Shown here piece after piece: positions 47,857 to 57,468 of a stretch of DNA of 64,000 bases. The translations under genes were made by a program, and so were the position numbers. How positions within the stretch are numbered: position 1 is the first letter of the stretch; every line of letters starts with the position of its first letter. The notes beneath the pieces were generated by a model. The model worked only from the letters and a program-made list of their open reading frames with translations. It was not told where the DNA came from and searched no databases. Source of the DNA: an uncultured Nitrospiraceae bacterium (lineage in GTDB: Bacteria > Nitrospirota > Nitrospiria > Nitrospirales > Nitrospiraceae); the NCBI GenBank assembly GCA_963846575.1, contig CAWJWJ010000002.1, positions 288,001 to 352,000 on the forward strand. Reading direction: 5' to 3'.

Positions 47857-48230
47857 TAGGGTTTCGAGCAGTCGAATCGCACCATAAACTGGCCGGTGCA
47901 TTGGCTGGAATCGCAGCGGGTGCACTGGCCGGTAATGCGAGTCTTCCAATCCGTACTTTTTTCTTCGAAGGAGCAGAAGGTGCGGCCTGCTTTGGACACC
48001 GTCGTCCAGGGCCTGTTGGTCCCGGGGAATTGTGCAATGACGCAGCCGGCCGGTATCGGCACCTGGCATTGGTGCGTCGGATCGCCCTTCGTCATCCCGA
48101 AACTGCAGGATTGTTCAGTCGTTGCGGAGGAATCAGCCGGCATTTGGGCCTGCCCCGGGTCTGCCATAAGGCAGAGGGCCAGACTCCCACCGAGCAGCGT
48201 GGAAAGAAATGGACGAGTGCACCGTTGCAT
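47856..48230 (-). CDS. Small secreted Cys-rich protein
   Basis: AGGAG SD; signal peptide ending GQA; 8 Cys in mature part; stop overlaps queG start (TAATG). Confidence 0.75.
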   Translation of the reverse strand: MQRCTRPFLSTLLGGSLALCLMADPGQAQMPADSSATTEQSCSFGMTKGDPTHQCQVPIPAGCVIAQFPGTNRPWTTVSKAGRTFCSFEEKSTDWKTRITGQCTRCDSSQCTGQFMVRFDCSKP

Positions 48231-48408
48231 GGGTATTCCGCTCCTGGAAAAGACTGAATGCTAACACAGCCGCGATGGCCAGCGCGAACGGTGCGGTGTG
48301 CCCCAGGTCCTCCGATTCCATGCGGATATGTCCAAAAACCACCATCACTGTATGGCCGCGCCTAAGTCCGGTTCCCCGTAACGTACCGACAACACTCAGG
48401 GGGCGCAG

Positions 48409-48424
48409 TGGCATATTAGTTGCG
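48409..48424 (+). promoter_or_regulatory. Putative sigma54 -24/-12 promoter
   Basis: TGGCAT-ATTAG-TTGCG (GG-N10-GC) upstream of the REC-PAS gene. Confidence 0.6.
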
Positions 48425-48559
48425 TTCCGTCGCCAGGGGAAACATGCGGACAGGAGAGAGTGGGATTATTTTGACGCGGGGCCTGCATCCCATCACGTGA
48501 ATGGCGCCCGCGACGATGGCGTGATCTCATCTGAGCCTCGTCTATTGCCCGGTTGCACG

Positions 48560-49339
48560 ATGGCGCAAGCAAAGATTCTCATCGTGGATGATGAAGTGGG
48601 GGTGGCTGAGGCCATCAAGCGACAGCTGCGTGCGCTTGGTTATCTGGTCGTGGGCGTGGTATCGACCGGGAATGATGCGGTCCAATCGGCCGGTGACCAT
48701 CGGCCCGACTTGATCCTCATGGATATCAAATTAAAAGGCTCCATGGATGGCATTGAAGCGGCCAGGACGATTCGGTCCCGATATGCCATCCCTGTGATCT
48801 ACCTGACTGCCTTCTCGGATGAAGAGACGTTGGAGCGTGCGAGAGCGACGCTGCCGTTAGCCTATTTGATCAAACCGTTCGTGAGCAGCGACCTGCGTGT
48901 GGCGGTGGAAGTGGCGCTTTTTCGTCACCGCGTATCCGGCATGGCGGAACAGCGGGGACGGTGGCTGAATACGGTCGTGCAGTCCATGGGGGATGCCGTG
49001 ATTACGGTCGATGGACAGGCCAAGGTTACGATGATGAATCCGGCCGCAGAACGCCTGACCGGATGGTTGCACTCGGAGGTCATAGGCAAACCTGCCGAGG
49101 AGGTGGTGCTGTTGGTAGAGGCCCAGAGCAGGTACCCTGTCATGAATCCGGCGGTACAAGCTCTCCGGACGGGGAGACAGACGGAATTGCTCCCCCGTTC
49201 ATTCCTATTGATCAGTCGCCAGGGTATCGCACAGGGAATTGGCGGAACGGTGACGGTGATTCAGGATGATGGGGGCAATCCGTCAGGCGTGGTGATGGTG
49301 CTGCGTACGGCTCCTATGCGAGAGGATGGGACACGCTAG
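48560..49339 (+). CDS. REC-PAS protein with no output domain
   Basis: ILIVDDE, ILMDIKL, YLTA, YLIKP; PAS DAVITVD..MNPAAERLTGW. Confidence 0.85.
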   Translation: MAQAKILIVDDEVGVAEAIKRQLRALGYLVVGVVSTGNDAVQSAGDHRPDLILMDIKLKGSMDGIEAARTIRSRYAIPVIYLTAFSDEETLERARATLPLAYLIKPFVSSDLRVAVEVALFRHRVSGMAEQRGRWLNTVVQSMGDAVITVDGQAKVTMMNPAAERLTGWLHSEVIGKPAEEVVLLVEAQSRYPVMNPAVQALRTGRQTELLPRSFLLISRQGIAQGIGGTVTVIQDDGGNPSGVVMVLRTAPMREDGTR

Positions 49340-49594
49340 GCGTCGGCCGCCCGGTTGCCCATTCGTGCTGAACACTGATGAATATGTTCCTGTGGCCTCT
49401 CTCGCACTCCGACCTGCCGCTCAGTATAATCCATGGACAGTTGCAGGCGTCGGGCATATGGTGGGATTACACTCGGGTCTTTGTGTTGATGGTGGGAGTG
49501 TATGAGATCGGATTCCGCCTCAGACCGGTGCTGCTATGAGCCGGGGGTATATGCGGTCGGGCAACAGGCCGGCGGCATGGTTGCGTAATAAATT

Positions 49595-50194
49595 ATGATC
49601 TTCTCACGCCCCGCCATGTGTCTCGCGTTGCTGTCCGTCTGCCTGACGTGCCCTGCGGTATTTGCCGGGTCAATGGCGGCGGCAGGTTCGGCCGATCCGG
49701 GTCCATCCCTCAAGTCGCTGGTCGTGCAACCGGATCCTTCCGGCGGTGTTCGGGCCACGGCCACGCTGTTGTTTCCCGGCAGCCCGGCCGTTCTCCACTC
49801 GATCCTGTCTGAATATCGGAAGTGGCCGGAGCTGTTTGAAACCGGCATGCGAGTCAGCCGGATCGAGGAGCGAGGCGGGCACGTTCTCACAGATCTCTAT
49901 ATTTCTCACGCGCTCTTGCCAGTCGAGCAACGGCTGCTCTGTGAGTCGCAAGATTTACCCGGAGGGGGACTCGTCACGGACCTCAGGGGGGGAGACTTCA
50001 AGCGATACCATCGGGTGTGGAAGCTGCAGCCGGCAGGTGACGGCAGTCAGACCAGGGCGGACTTTGAATTGCTGGTCGAGATCCAGACGATAGCACCCGA
50101 TTGGTTGGTGGCCGTGGCCATGGAGCGCGAACTCCAGGCCCATTTTCGTATCGTGCGGCAGAAGGCGCTGGATCGGACTACGACGGGAAAGTAA
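49595..50194 (+). CDS. Secreted SRPBCC/START-like protein
   Basis: Signal peptide; L.EY.KWPE, GDFK.Y..WKL, P.WLV. Confidence 0.65.
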   Translation: MIFSRPAMCLALLSVCLTCPAVFAGSMAAAGSADPGPSLKSLVVQPDPSGGVRATATLLFPGSPAVLHSILSEYRKWPELFETGMRVSRIEERGGHVLTDLYISHALLPVEQRLLCESQDLPGGGLVTDLRGGDFKRYHRVWKLQPAGDGSQTRADFELLVEIQTIAPDWLVAVAMERELQAHFRIVRQKALDRTTTGK

Positions 50195-51356
50195 AGGTGG
50201 AGAGCTCGGCTTTTTCCACGCCCTTTTTGACGAAGGCACTGATCTCCAGTCCCCGCTCGACACGATGGATGTCAGCCAGCTTGGTTCTGGTGCTGGGATG
50301 GAGCGGCACGAAAAGCTTGCAGCAATCCTGATCCGGCTCAATCGACGTGGCATAACTGCCCAGCTGCTGGGCCTGCTCGGTGATTTCGATTTTGTCCATT
50401 CCGATGAGAGGCCGGAGGAGCGGTAGCTCAGCCGCCTCTTCCACCACCGAAAGATTCTCCGCGGTTTGTGAGGCGACCTGCCCCAGACTATCGCCGGTGA
50501 CAAGAGCCCAGCAGCCCTCGCGTCGTGCCAGTTCCTCGGCAATGCGCACCATGATTCGCCGATAGAGCACCACTCGGAAGGGAGCAGGGGCCTCGGCAAC
50601 GATCTCGCGTTGAATCTCGCCAAACGGCACGATGTAGAGTTGCGAGTGATATTGGTAGGCTGTCAGCAGTTGTACCAACTCCTGGACCTTTTCTTCGGAG
50701 GCCCGGGTGACGAGCGGACGGCCGGAGAAATGGACGAACACTGTTTTGCAACCGCGTTTTATCATTCGGTAGGCCGCGACAGGCGAGTCGATGCCGCCTG
50801 AGATCAGACAGGCCACTTTGCCGCTGGTGCCCACCGGCATGCCCCCCGGTCCCTGGATCTTCCTTGCCGCCACATGGGCCTCACGGGTGAGCAGCTCGAC
50901 GTAGAGGGTGAGATCAGGCTGCTTTAGTCGTACGGTCTTTCCGGTCACTACACAGAGGTGCCTTCCGATTTCGCGTTCGACATCCATGGAGGTCATCGCG
51001 AGACGCTTGTCCGCCCGTTTCGCCGTCACCCGGAAGGTCTCGAACAGTTCGTTGGAGACGAGCCGTTCGGCCGCCCCTTTCAGTGACGTCAAGTCCGAGC
51101 TGGTCAGGTCTAAGGGCACCGATTCGGTCAGCAGAAAATTCGCCACGCCGCAGGTCCGGCGCAACCGTTCCGCCACGAGGTCGGGCGAGACCGGTTCGGG
51201 AATCGTGATTCGAATGCGTCCCTGCACGCAGCTGACCCTCCGGATGCGGAGATCTTTCAGCGCGAGCCGGATATTGCGGACCAGGCGTTGTTCGAAGAAA
51301 TCGCGGTTGCGGCCTTTAAGGGCAAGTTCGTGGTAGTGGACGATTGCGCAATGCAT
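50178..51356 (-). CDS. thiI: tRNA 4-thiouridine synthase (short form without rhodanese domain)
   Basis: ELALKG.NR..FE, THUMP domain, SGGIDS, GDSLGQVASQT, DCC. Confidence 0.95.
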   Translation of the reverse strand: MHCAIVHYHELALKGRNRDFFEQRLVRNIRLALKDLRIRRVSCVQGRIRITIPEPVSPDLVAERLRRTCGVANFLLTESVPLDLTSSDLTSLKGAAERLVSNELFETFRVTAKRADKRLAMTSMDVEREIGRHLCVVTGKTVRLKQPDLTLYVELLTREAHVAARKIQGPGGMPVGTSGKVACLISGGIDSPVAAYRMIKRGCKTVFVHFSGRPLVTRASEEKVQELVQLLTAYQYHSQLYIVPFGEIQREIVAEAPAPFRVVLYRRIMVRIAEELARREGCWALVTGDSLGQVASQTAENLSVVEEAAELPLLRPLIGMDKIEITEQAQQLGSYATSIEPDQDCCKLFVPLHPSTRTKLADIHRVERGLEISAFVKKGVEKAELSTFTFPS

Positions 51357-51508
51357 AGTGTTACCAGGATGTCGGAAACGACCGTCAACGTCGTGCTCCG
51401 CGCGACAAGATCCTTAACGTACCCTCGAGGGTATGCCATCGGTGTCTCTCCCGTCGGCGGCCTGACTGGCCAGTCATTGTCAGTATTGTGAGGGGTTGGA
51501 GTCGATCG

Positions 51509-52423
51509 TCATTGGTTTTCAAGAAATCGTTCGGCGTCGATGGCCGCCATGCAGCCGGAACCGGCGGCTGTCACGGCTTGCCGGTATTTCTTATCTTGTA
51601 CGTCGCCGGCGGCGAAAACGCCGGCGACGCTCGTTGCGGTCTCCTGGGAGGTGCGGATGTACCCCTGTTCATCCAGATCGAGTTGCCCGGCAACGAGGTC
51701 CGTATTGGGGCGGTGACCGATGGCGACGAAGACTCCGTCGCAGGACAGGTCGGTCGAAACCTGGGTGACGACGTTCTTGAGCCTCACACCGGTGACAACG
51801 TGGTCGCCCGTGATCTTTTCGACAATCGAATTCCAGGCGAAGGCAATCTTTTCGTTTTTCATGGCCCGGTCCTGCATGATTTTGGAAGCCCGCAGTTTGT
51901 CGCGTCGGTGGACGATGGTCACGGTGCGGGCGAACTTGGTCAGGAAGATGGCTTCTTCTGCCGCGCTGTCTCCGCCGCCGACGACCACCAGATCCTTGCC
52001 GCGGAAAAAATACCCGTCGCAGGTCGCGCAGGTCGAGACCCCATGTCCTGTGAGCCGTGCCTCATCCGGGAGGCCAAGGCGGACAGGCGTGGCTCCGGTA
52101 GCGATGATCAACGCGGCCGTCTCAATGACCTGTTCCCCATCGATGGTCACACGGAAGGGTCGGCTCTTGAGTTCGACCCCCGACACTTCGCCGGTCAGGA
52201 ATTCTGTGCCGAATCGTTCCGCCTGAGACCGCATTTCCTTCATCAATTCTGGGCCCATGATGCCTTTGGAAAAGCCCGGAAAGTTCTCGACCTCCGTGGT
52301 GGTCGTCAATTGTCCTCCGGACTGCCAGCCTTCAATGAGCATCGGGGACAGATTGGCCCGCGCGGCATAGAGGGCGGCGGTGAGCCCAGCCGGACCGGAA
52401 CCGATGATGACAAGATGCCGCAT
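51509..52423 (-). CDS. trxB: Thioredoxin reductase
   Basis: GSGPAG, CATCDG, GGGDSA, HRRD, FAAGDV. Confidence 0.97.
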   Translation of the reverse strand: MRHLVIIGSGPAGLTAALYAARANLSPMLIEGWQSGGQLTTTTEVENFPGFSKGIMGPELMKEMRSQAERFGTEFLTGEVSGVELKSRPFRVTIDGEQVIETAALIIATGATPVRLGLPDEARLTGHGVSTCATCDGYFFRGKDLVVVGGGDSAAEEAIFLTKFARTVTIVHRRDKLRASKIMQDRAMKNEKIAFAWNSIVEKITGDHVVTGVRLKNVVTQVSTDLSCDGVFVAIGHRPNTDLVAGQLDLDEQGYIRTSQETATSVAGVFAAGDVQDKKYRQAVTAAGSGCMAAIDAERFLENQ

Positions 52424-52467
52424 GACGGAATGCTAACACATGCAAGCGGCGAGGGAAAAGCGGTAGC

Positions 52468-53070
52468 CTAGGCCAGGGCGCGTAATTCGCGGTAGAGCCC
52501 CCGCACGTCACTCAACAATCCGGCGCGCGCGGCGGTGCCGTCGAGGACATAGTCCGCAGCGGACGTCTTTTGTCTGAGAGGCATTTGACTACGGATTCGC
52601 CGGAGTGCGTCCGCGGTCGTGAATCCGTTTCGTTTTCTGAGGCGGGCGATTTGGGTTTTTCGATCGGCCGTGACGACAATGACCTTGTCCACGCGCCGGT
52701 CGATTCCGGCCTCGAACAAGAGCGGAACGTCGTAAATGACGACGGCCTTGGGATCGGTGTGCGCGGCTTGTCGCGCGAGTCTGACTTGTTCCCGCGCCAC
52801 GCGCGGGTGAATGATCCGCTCGAGGCGGCGCAACTTCGAGGGCTCGCGAAAGACAATAGCGGCCAATGCGTGGCGATTCAGCGTCCGATCCGGGTTCAGC
52901 ACGCGCTTGCCGAAGGCGGCGACAATCTCACGCCAAGCCGGTCGGCCCGGCTCGACGACTGCATGGGCGAGGACATCTGCGTCGATGGTATAGGCTCCGC
53001 ATCGCCGAAACATGCCGGTCACGGTGCTTTTGCCGGTGGCTACGCCCCCGGTGAGGCCTACGAGGATCAT
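52468..53070 (-). CDS. coaE: Dephospho-CoA kinase
   Basis: GLTGGVATGKST, IDAD, HPRV, DVPLLFE, SQMP. Confidence 0.96.
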   Translation of the reverse strand: MILVGLTGGVATGKSTVTGMFRRCGAYTIDADVLAHAVVEPGRPAWREIVAAFGKRVLNPDRTLNRHALAAIVFREPSKLRRLERIIHPRVAREQVRLARQAAHTDPKAVVIYDVPLLFEAGIDRRVDKVIVVTADRKTQIARLRKRNGFTTADALRRIRSQMPLRQKTSAADYVLDGTAARAGLLSDVRGLYRELRALA

Positions 53071-53156
53071 GGTTGCGGAAGATAACACGCAGAACCGGTT
53101 CCAGCAACGCGGCCGATTGACATCTCGCCTTGCCCGGCGGTATGACCATTCCTACC

Positions 53157-54170
53157 ATGATGTGGATACTACAGGTCGTCCTTGTGTGCCTCATGCTTCT
53201 GCCTGCGGGCCTCCGGGCTGAGGAGGCGGTTCGGAACGAACCTCAGCAACTCATCGTCGCGATGGACGGGTCGGGTCAGTACCGTTCTATTCAAGAGGCC
53301 GTCGATGCCGCGAAAAAAGGCGATACTATTTTCATCAAGCCCGGCGCCTATCCCGAGGACGTAACCATCCACAGTAAGGAAAAAATCCGCCTGATCGGGG
53401 CAGGTATGGATCAGGTTACTCTTTTGGGACGTGAACGGGTGGGCGTGTTTCATGTCGGCAAATGGCCCTATGGAGCCACAGACATTGAGATTTCAGGATT
53501 CACGATCAATGAGCATGGCGGCCATGCCATGGGGATGTTCAACGGCCGGGGGATTCTGCTGCATCACGTGCGGGTGAAGGGGATGCTGTTCACCCAGCAG
53601 GTCGACGATGTCCGTATCGAAAACTGCATCATCGGCGGCAGTGAAACCACCGGGGTGCAATTTGCCAATTCTCAAGCGGTGCTGCGGGATAATCTCATCC
53701 ATGATAACGATCACGGCGTCAGCGTGGCCGGCAAATCGAACGTACGGCTTGAACGGAATGTCATTACCCGAAGCCTGTTCGAGGCGGTAGTCGTCAATGA
53801 TCAGTCGCGAGCGGTGCTGGTCGGTAATACCCTCGTGAAGAATGGCGGGGGAGCGGCCTTTCTCGGGACCTCCCAGAACGAGGCTTCCGGCAACATTGTC
53901 AGTCTCAACACCTACGGATTTGTGGTGGGTCCGTCCAGCCGGGTGGCCTTGTCCTACAATGCAATGCAAAATTCAGAATCCAACTATCTCCGTCCCGGCC
54001 CCCCTCGCCAGCCGGCTCCTGAACTCAAGCCCGACTCGGATTTGACGGTGGACCCACGGTTCGTTGACACCACACGAGACGATTTCCGGCTACGGGCTGA
54101 TACGACGCTGGTCAAAATCGGAGAATTTTCCTATCTCGGTGCCCTTCCTCCACTGACAGAGTCACACTAA
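53157..54170 (+). CDS. Secreted right-handed beta-helix protein (pectin-lyase-like fold)
   Basis: Signal peptide; DGSGQYRSIQEAVDAA..GD.I.IKPG.Y.E; N-x-I repeats; DPRFVD..DFRL. Confidence 0.82.
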   Translation: MMWILQVVLVCLMLLPAGLRAEEAVRNEPQQLIVAMDGSGQYRSIQEAVDAAKKGDTIFIKPGAYPEDVTIHSKEKIRLIGAGMDQVTLLGRERVGVFHVGKWPYGATDIEISGFTINEHGGHAMGMFNGRGILLHHVRVKGMLFTQQVDDVRIENCIIGGSETTGVQFANSQAVLRDNLIHDNDHGVSVAGKSNVRLERNVITRSLFEAVVVNDQSRAVLVGNTLVKNGGGAAFLGTSQNEASGNIVSLNTYGFVVGPSSRVALSYNAMQNSESNYLRPGPPRQPAPELKPDSDLTVDPRFVDTTRDDFRLRADTTLVKIGEFSYLGALPPLTESH

Positions 54171-54285
54171 ACTCCGCAAATCCGGCGGTATAGCACTACA
54201 ATTTGTGAGATGAGGCGGCTTCCCCAGCCGTGGCATTTCGTGTGCTATGCTTGAGTGTGCGCAGTGCAGTGACGATGCTCCGGTG

Positions 54286-54301
54286 TGGCTCAAGAATTGC
54301 T
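54286..54301 (+). promoter_or_regulatory. Putative sigma54 -24/-12 promoter
   Basis: TGGCTC-AAGAA-TTGCT; a weaker TGGCAT-TTCGT-GTGCT lies at 54231-54246. Confidence 0.55.
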
Positions 54302-54335
54302 GTACCACGACCGACAAGGAAATGGGAGGTACCAG

Positions 54336-54521
54336 ATGGCCAGCTTTCGATTTGATCTTGAACGGCGCAACACCGACGGGATTCCCAACTTGGCGGAGTT
54401 GGAATCCGGCAAGATCCTGGGGGCGGTCCTGCCGATGTCAGAAGAGGCGCAACTCCAATTGCGAGATAGTATCGAGGTGATCGATTACCTCATGAACCAG
54501 GAAACGGTCGTCTGGAGTTAG
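54336..54521 (+). CDS. Small acidic hypothetical protein (61 aa)
   Basis: GGGAGG SD 6 nt before ATG 54336; downstream of sigma54-like site. Confidence 0.6.
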   Translation: MASFRFDLERRNTDGIPNLAELESGKILGAVLPMSEEAQLQLRDSIEVIDYLMNQETVVWS

Positions 54522-54798
54522 AAGACTCGTTTCCCGGCCGAGATCCGTCGTTGTCCGTCCCTCGGTCCAATCCCTATCCGTGACCGCTCATCCCTTCCCT
54601 CTACTGGTTGTGTCACCGAGCCTTATGATGGAGCCGCCCATCGCGACTCCCTGCGCTCTCGTCCGGACGGGACCCGCTCGAATAGCCTTCACTCTCCACT
54701 GTTGAATCCTGGTTGAATCTTTTAGGAGGCAAGCGCATGCTGGCCCCTGTTTGCGCCAACCCTGCCACATAAGACGTAAACGGTGCGGGAGATCGACA

Positions 54799-57465
54799 TT
54801 GCCGGAAGGACAATCCGCAGATTCGGAGTCGGCTGAGCAGCGTCGTCTTGATGAGGACGACCTGCGCCGGCGACATTGGAAACGCTGGGGACCCTATGTG
54901 AGTGAGCGTGCGTGGGGGACGGTGCGGGAAGATTACAGTCCTTACGGGACGGCCTGGGAAGCGGTGCCGCACGACCACGCCCGGTCGAAGGCGTATCGCT
55001 GGAATGAGGATGGCCTGGCCGGAATCTGCGATCGACACCAGTTCATTTGTCTCGCGCTGGCCCTCTGGAACGGACGCGATCCAATTCTTAAGGAACGGCT
55101 GTTCGGGCTGACAGGCCATGAGGGGAATCACGGGGAAGATCCCAAAGAATATTACTTCTACCTCGACTCGACGCCGACACATTCCTACATGAAGTTTCTG
55201 TACAAGTATCCTCAGGCGGCCTTCCCCTACACGCGATTAGTCGAAGAAAACCGGCGCCGAAACCGGAGCGAGCCGGAGTTCGAATTGATCGATACCGGCA
55301 TTTTCGACGACAACCGGTATTTCGACGTGTTTGTGGAATATGCGAAGGCCGCGCCCGAGGACATGCTCCTGCGCATTCAAGTCATCAACCGGGGGCCGGA
55401 AACGGCTGAATTGACGCTGCTGCCGACGCTCTGGTTTCGAAATACCTGGTCTTGGGGTCTGGATGTCCGTCGCCCGCGGCTGCGCCCCGTCGATGCGGTG
55501 GCGGGTGTCAGCGCGATTGAGTTTGAACACGACTATTACGGTCGCCGTCGCCTCTTGTGCGAGGGGGAACCGGACCTGTTATTCACGGAGAACGAAACCA
55601 ATACGCGTCGTCTCTATGGCGATGCCGATGGAGTCCGCTATGCGAAGGACGGTATCAATGACTATATCGTGCAGGGTGATAAGTCGGCCGTGAATCCCGG
55701 CCGCATCGGATCAAAAGCGGCGGCGCATTATGTCCGATCCACCCTGCCCGGGCAGACCGTGACCATTCGGTTGCGCTTCACCAACGGGCCGATCGAAGGG
55801 GGCCTGGATCCGGAGGCGTTCGATCAGGTGTTTGCGGAACGCATTGCGGAAGCCGACGAGTTTTACGCGGGGCTTGCGCCGGCTGATGTGTCGGACGATG
55901 CGCGCATGGTGCAGCGGCAGGCTTTCGCCGGCCTGCTCTGGAGCAAGCAGTTCTATCACTACGATGTGGATCGCTGGCTCAAGGGCGATCCGGCAGGTCC
56001 CGAGCCTCCGCAGGATCGACTCCGCGGTAGAAATAGCGAGTGGACGCATCTCTTCAACGCAGACGTTATTTCCATGCCGGATAAATGGGAGTACCCCTGG
56101 TATGCGGCCTGGGATCTGGCCTTTCACTGTCTCCCGATCGCGCTCGTCGATTCCCGTTTCGCCAAGGACCAGCTCGTCCTCATGTTGCGCGAATGGTACA
56201 TGCATCCCAACGGGCAGATACCCGCCTATGAATGGGCGTTGGGAGATGTCAATCCGCCCGTGCATGCCTGGGCGGCCTGGCGCGTCTACAAGATCGAGAA
56301 GAAGCGAAAAGGGGTGGGAGACCGCCTCTTCCTTGCACGCGTCTTCCACAAGCTGCTGCTGAATTTTACATGGTGGGTGAATCGTAAGGACGCCAATGGA
56401 AATAATATCTTTCAAGGCGGCTTTCTGGGGCTGGACAATATCGGCGTCTTCGATCGAAGCAAACCCTTGCCGACCGGCGGTCATATCGAGCAGTCCGACG
56501 CGACGAGTTGGATGGGGATGTATTGTCTGAATATGTTGTCCATCGCGCTGGAGTTGGCCAGGGACGATCGCGCCTACGAAGATGTCGCCAGCAAATTCTT
56601 CGAGCATTTCGTTTACATCTGCCGGGCGATCAACAATCTCGGCAACGAGAAGATCGAGCTGTGGAACAAGGAAGACGGGTTTTACTACGATGTCCTGCAT
56701 TTGCCCGACGGAAAGACATTTCCCATGAAGCTCCGATCGATGGTCGGGCTGATTCCGCTGTTTGCCGTCGAAACATTGGACTCGGAACTGATCGATCAGC
56801 TGCCGCGTTTCAAGCATCGCATGCAATGGTTCATCGAGAACCGACCCGACTTCAGCCTCCACATCGAAACCGAATCACACGATGGTGAGGTGAGCCGCTT
56901 CCTGTCGCTCGTGAATCGGACTCGATTGACCAAGGTGCTGCGGTGCATGCTGGACGAACAGGAATTCCTGTCGCCGTACGGCGTGAGAGCGTTGTCTCGC
57001 TACCACAAGGATCACCCGTACGTCTTCTCCTCGATGGGCCGAGACTATCGCGTCGAATATCAGCCGGCGGAGTCCAGCACCGGCCTCTTCGGGGGCAACT
57101 CCAATTGGCGTGGGCCGGTGTGGTTTCCAGTCAATTATCTGCTGATCGAATCCTTGCAAAAGTTTCACTATTTCTTGGGAGATAGCTTTACCGTAGAGTA
57201 CCCGACGGGGTCCGGGAAGAAACTCAATCTGGCAGAAGTGGCGGCTGAACTCTCCCGCCGGCTGACGCGTACGTTCCTGCGCGGTCCGGATGGACGGCGC
57301 CCTGTCTATGGAGGAACTGAAAAGTTTCAGCAGGATCCGCATTGGCGTGATCTCATCCTGTTCTACGAGTATTTCCATGGGGACAACGGCGCGGGGATCG
57401 GGGCGGGCCACCAGACGGGCTGGACCGGGCTCGTGGCCAAATTGATTCAACAGTCGGGAGACTAG
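54799..57465 (+). CDS. GH63-like (MGH1-like) glucosidase
   Basis: [63 protein letters not shown] start after GGGAG. Confidence 0.9.
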   Translation: MPEGQSADSESAEQRRLDEDDLRRRHWKRWGPYVSERAWGTVREDYSPYGTAWEAVPHDHARSKAYRWNEDGLAGICDRHQFICLALALWNGRDPILKERLFGLTGHEGNHGEDPKEYYFYLDSTPTHSYMKFLYKYPQAAFPYTRLVEENRRRNRSEPEFELIDTGIFDDNRYFDVFVEYAKAAPEDMLLRIQVINRGPETAELTLLPTLWFRNTWSWGLDVRRPRLRPVDAVAGVSAIEFEHDYYGRRRLLCEGEPDLLFTENETNTRRLYGDADGVRYAKDGINDYIVQGDKSAVNPGRIGSKAAAHYVRSTLPGQTVTIRLRFTNGPIEGGLDPEAFDQVFAERIAEADEFYAGLAPADVSDDARMVQRQAFAGLLWSKQFYHYDVDRWLKGDPAGPEPPQDRLRGRNSEWTHLFNADVISMPDKWEYPWYAAWDLAFHCLPIALVDSRFAKDQLVLMLREWYMHPNGQIPAYEWALGDVNPPVHAWAAWRVYKIEKKRKGVGDRLFLARVFHKLLLNFTWWVNRKDANGNNIFQGGFLGLDNIGVFDRSKPLPTGGHIEQSDATSWMGMYCLNMLSIALELARDDRAYEDVASKFFEHFVYICRAINNLGNEKIELWNKEDGFYYDVLHLPDGKTFPMKLRSMVGLIPLFAVETLDSELIDQLPRFKHRMQWFIENRPDFSLHIETESHDGEVSRFLSLVNRTRLTKVLRCMLDEQEFLSPYGVRALSRYHKDHPYVFSSMGRDYRVEYQPAESSTGLFGGNSNWRGPVWFPVNYLLIESLQKFHYFLGDSFTVEYPTGSGKKLNLAEVAAELSRRLTRTFLRGPDGRRPVYGGTEKFQQDPHWRDLILFYEYFHGDNGAGIGAGHQTGWTGLVAKLIQQSGD

Positions 57466-57468
57466 GCA

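Noticed and set aside
48209..48559. Long N-terminal extensions in the ORF track (also 5689, 10579-11433, 27523, 36995, 39697, 62681)
   Set aside because: They overlap promoters or neighbouring genes; downstream starts fit SDs and domain boundaries better
49458..49497. Direct repeat ATGGTGGGA twice, resembling MraZ-type boxes
   Set aside because: Only two copies about 31 bp apart, lacking the ~10-bp periodic array expected
50178..51356. ThiI lacking the rhodanese domain as a truncation
   Set aside because: The short form is the normal type in many bacteria and archaea
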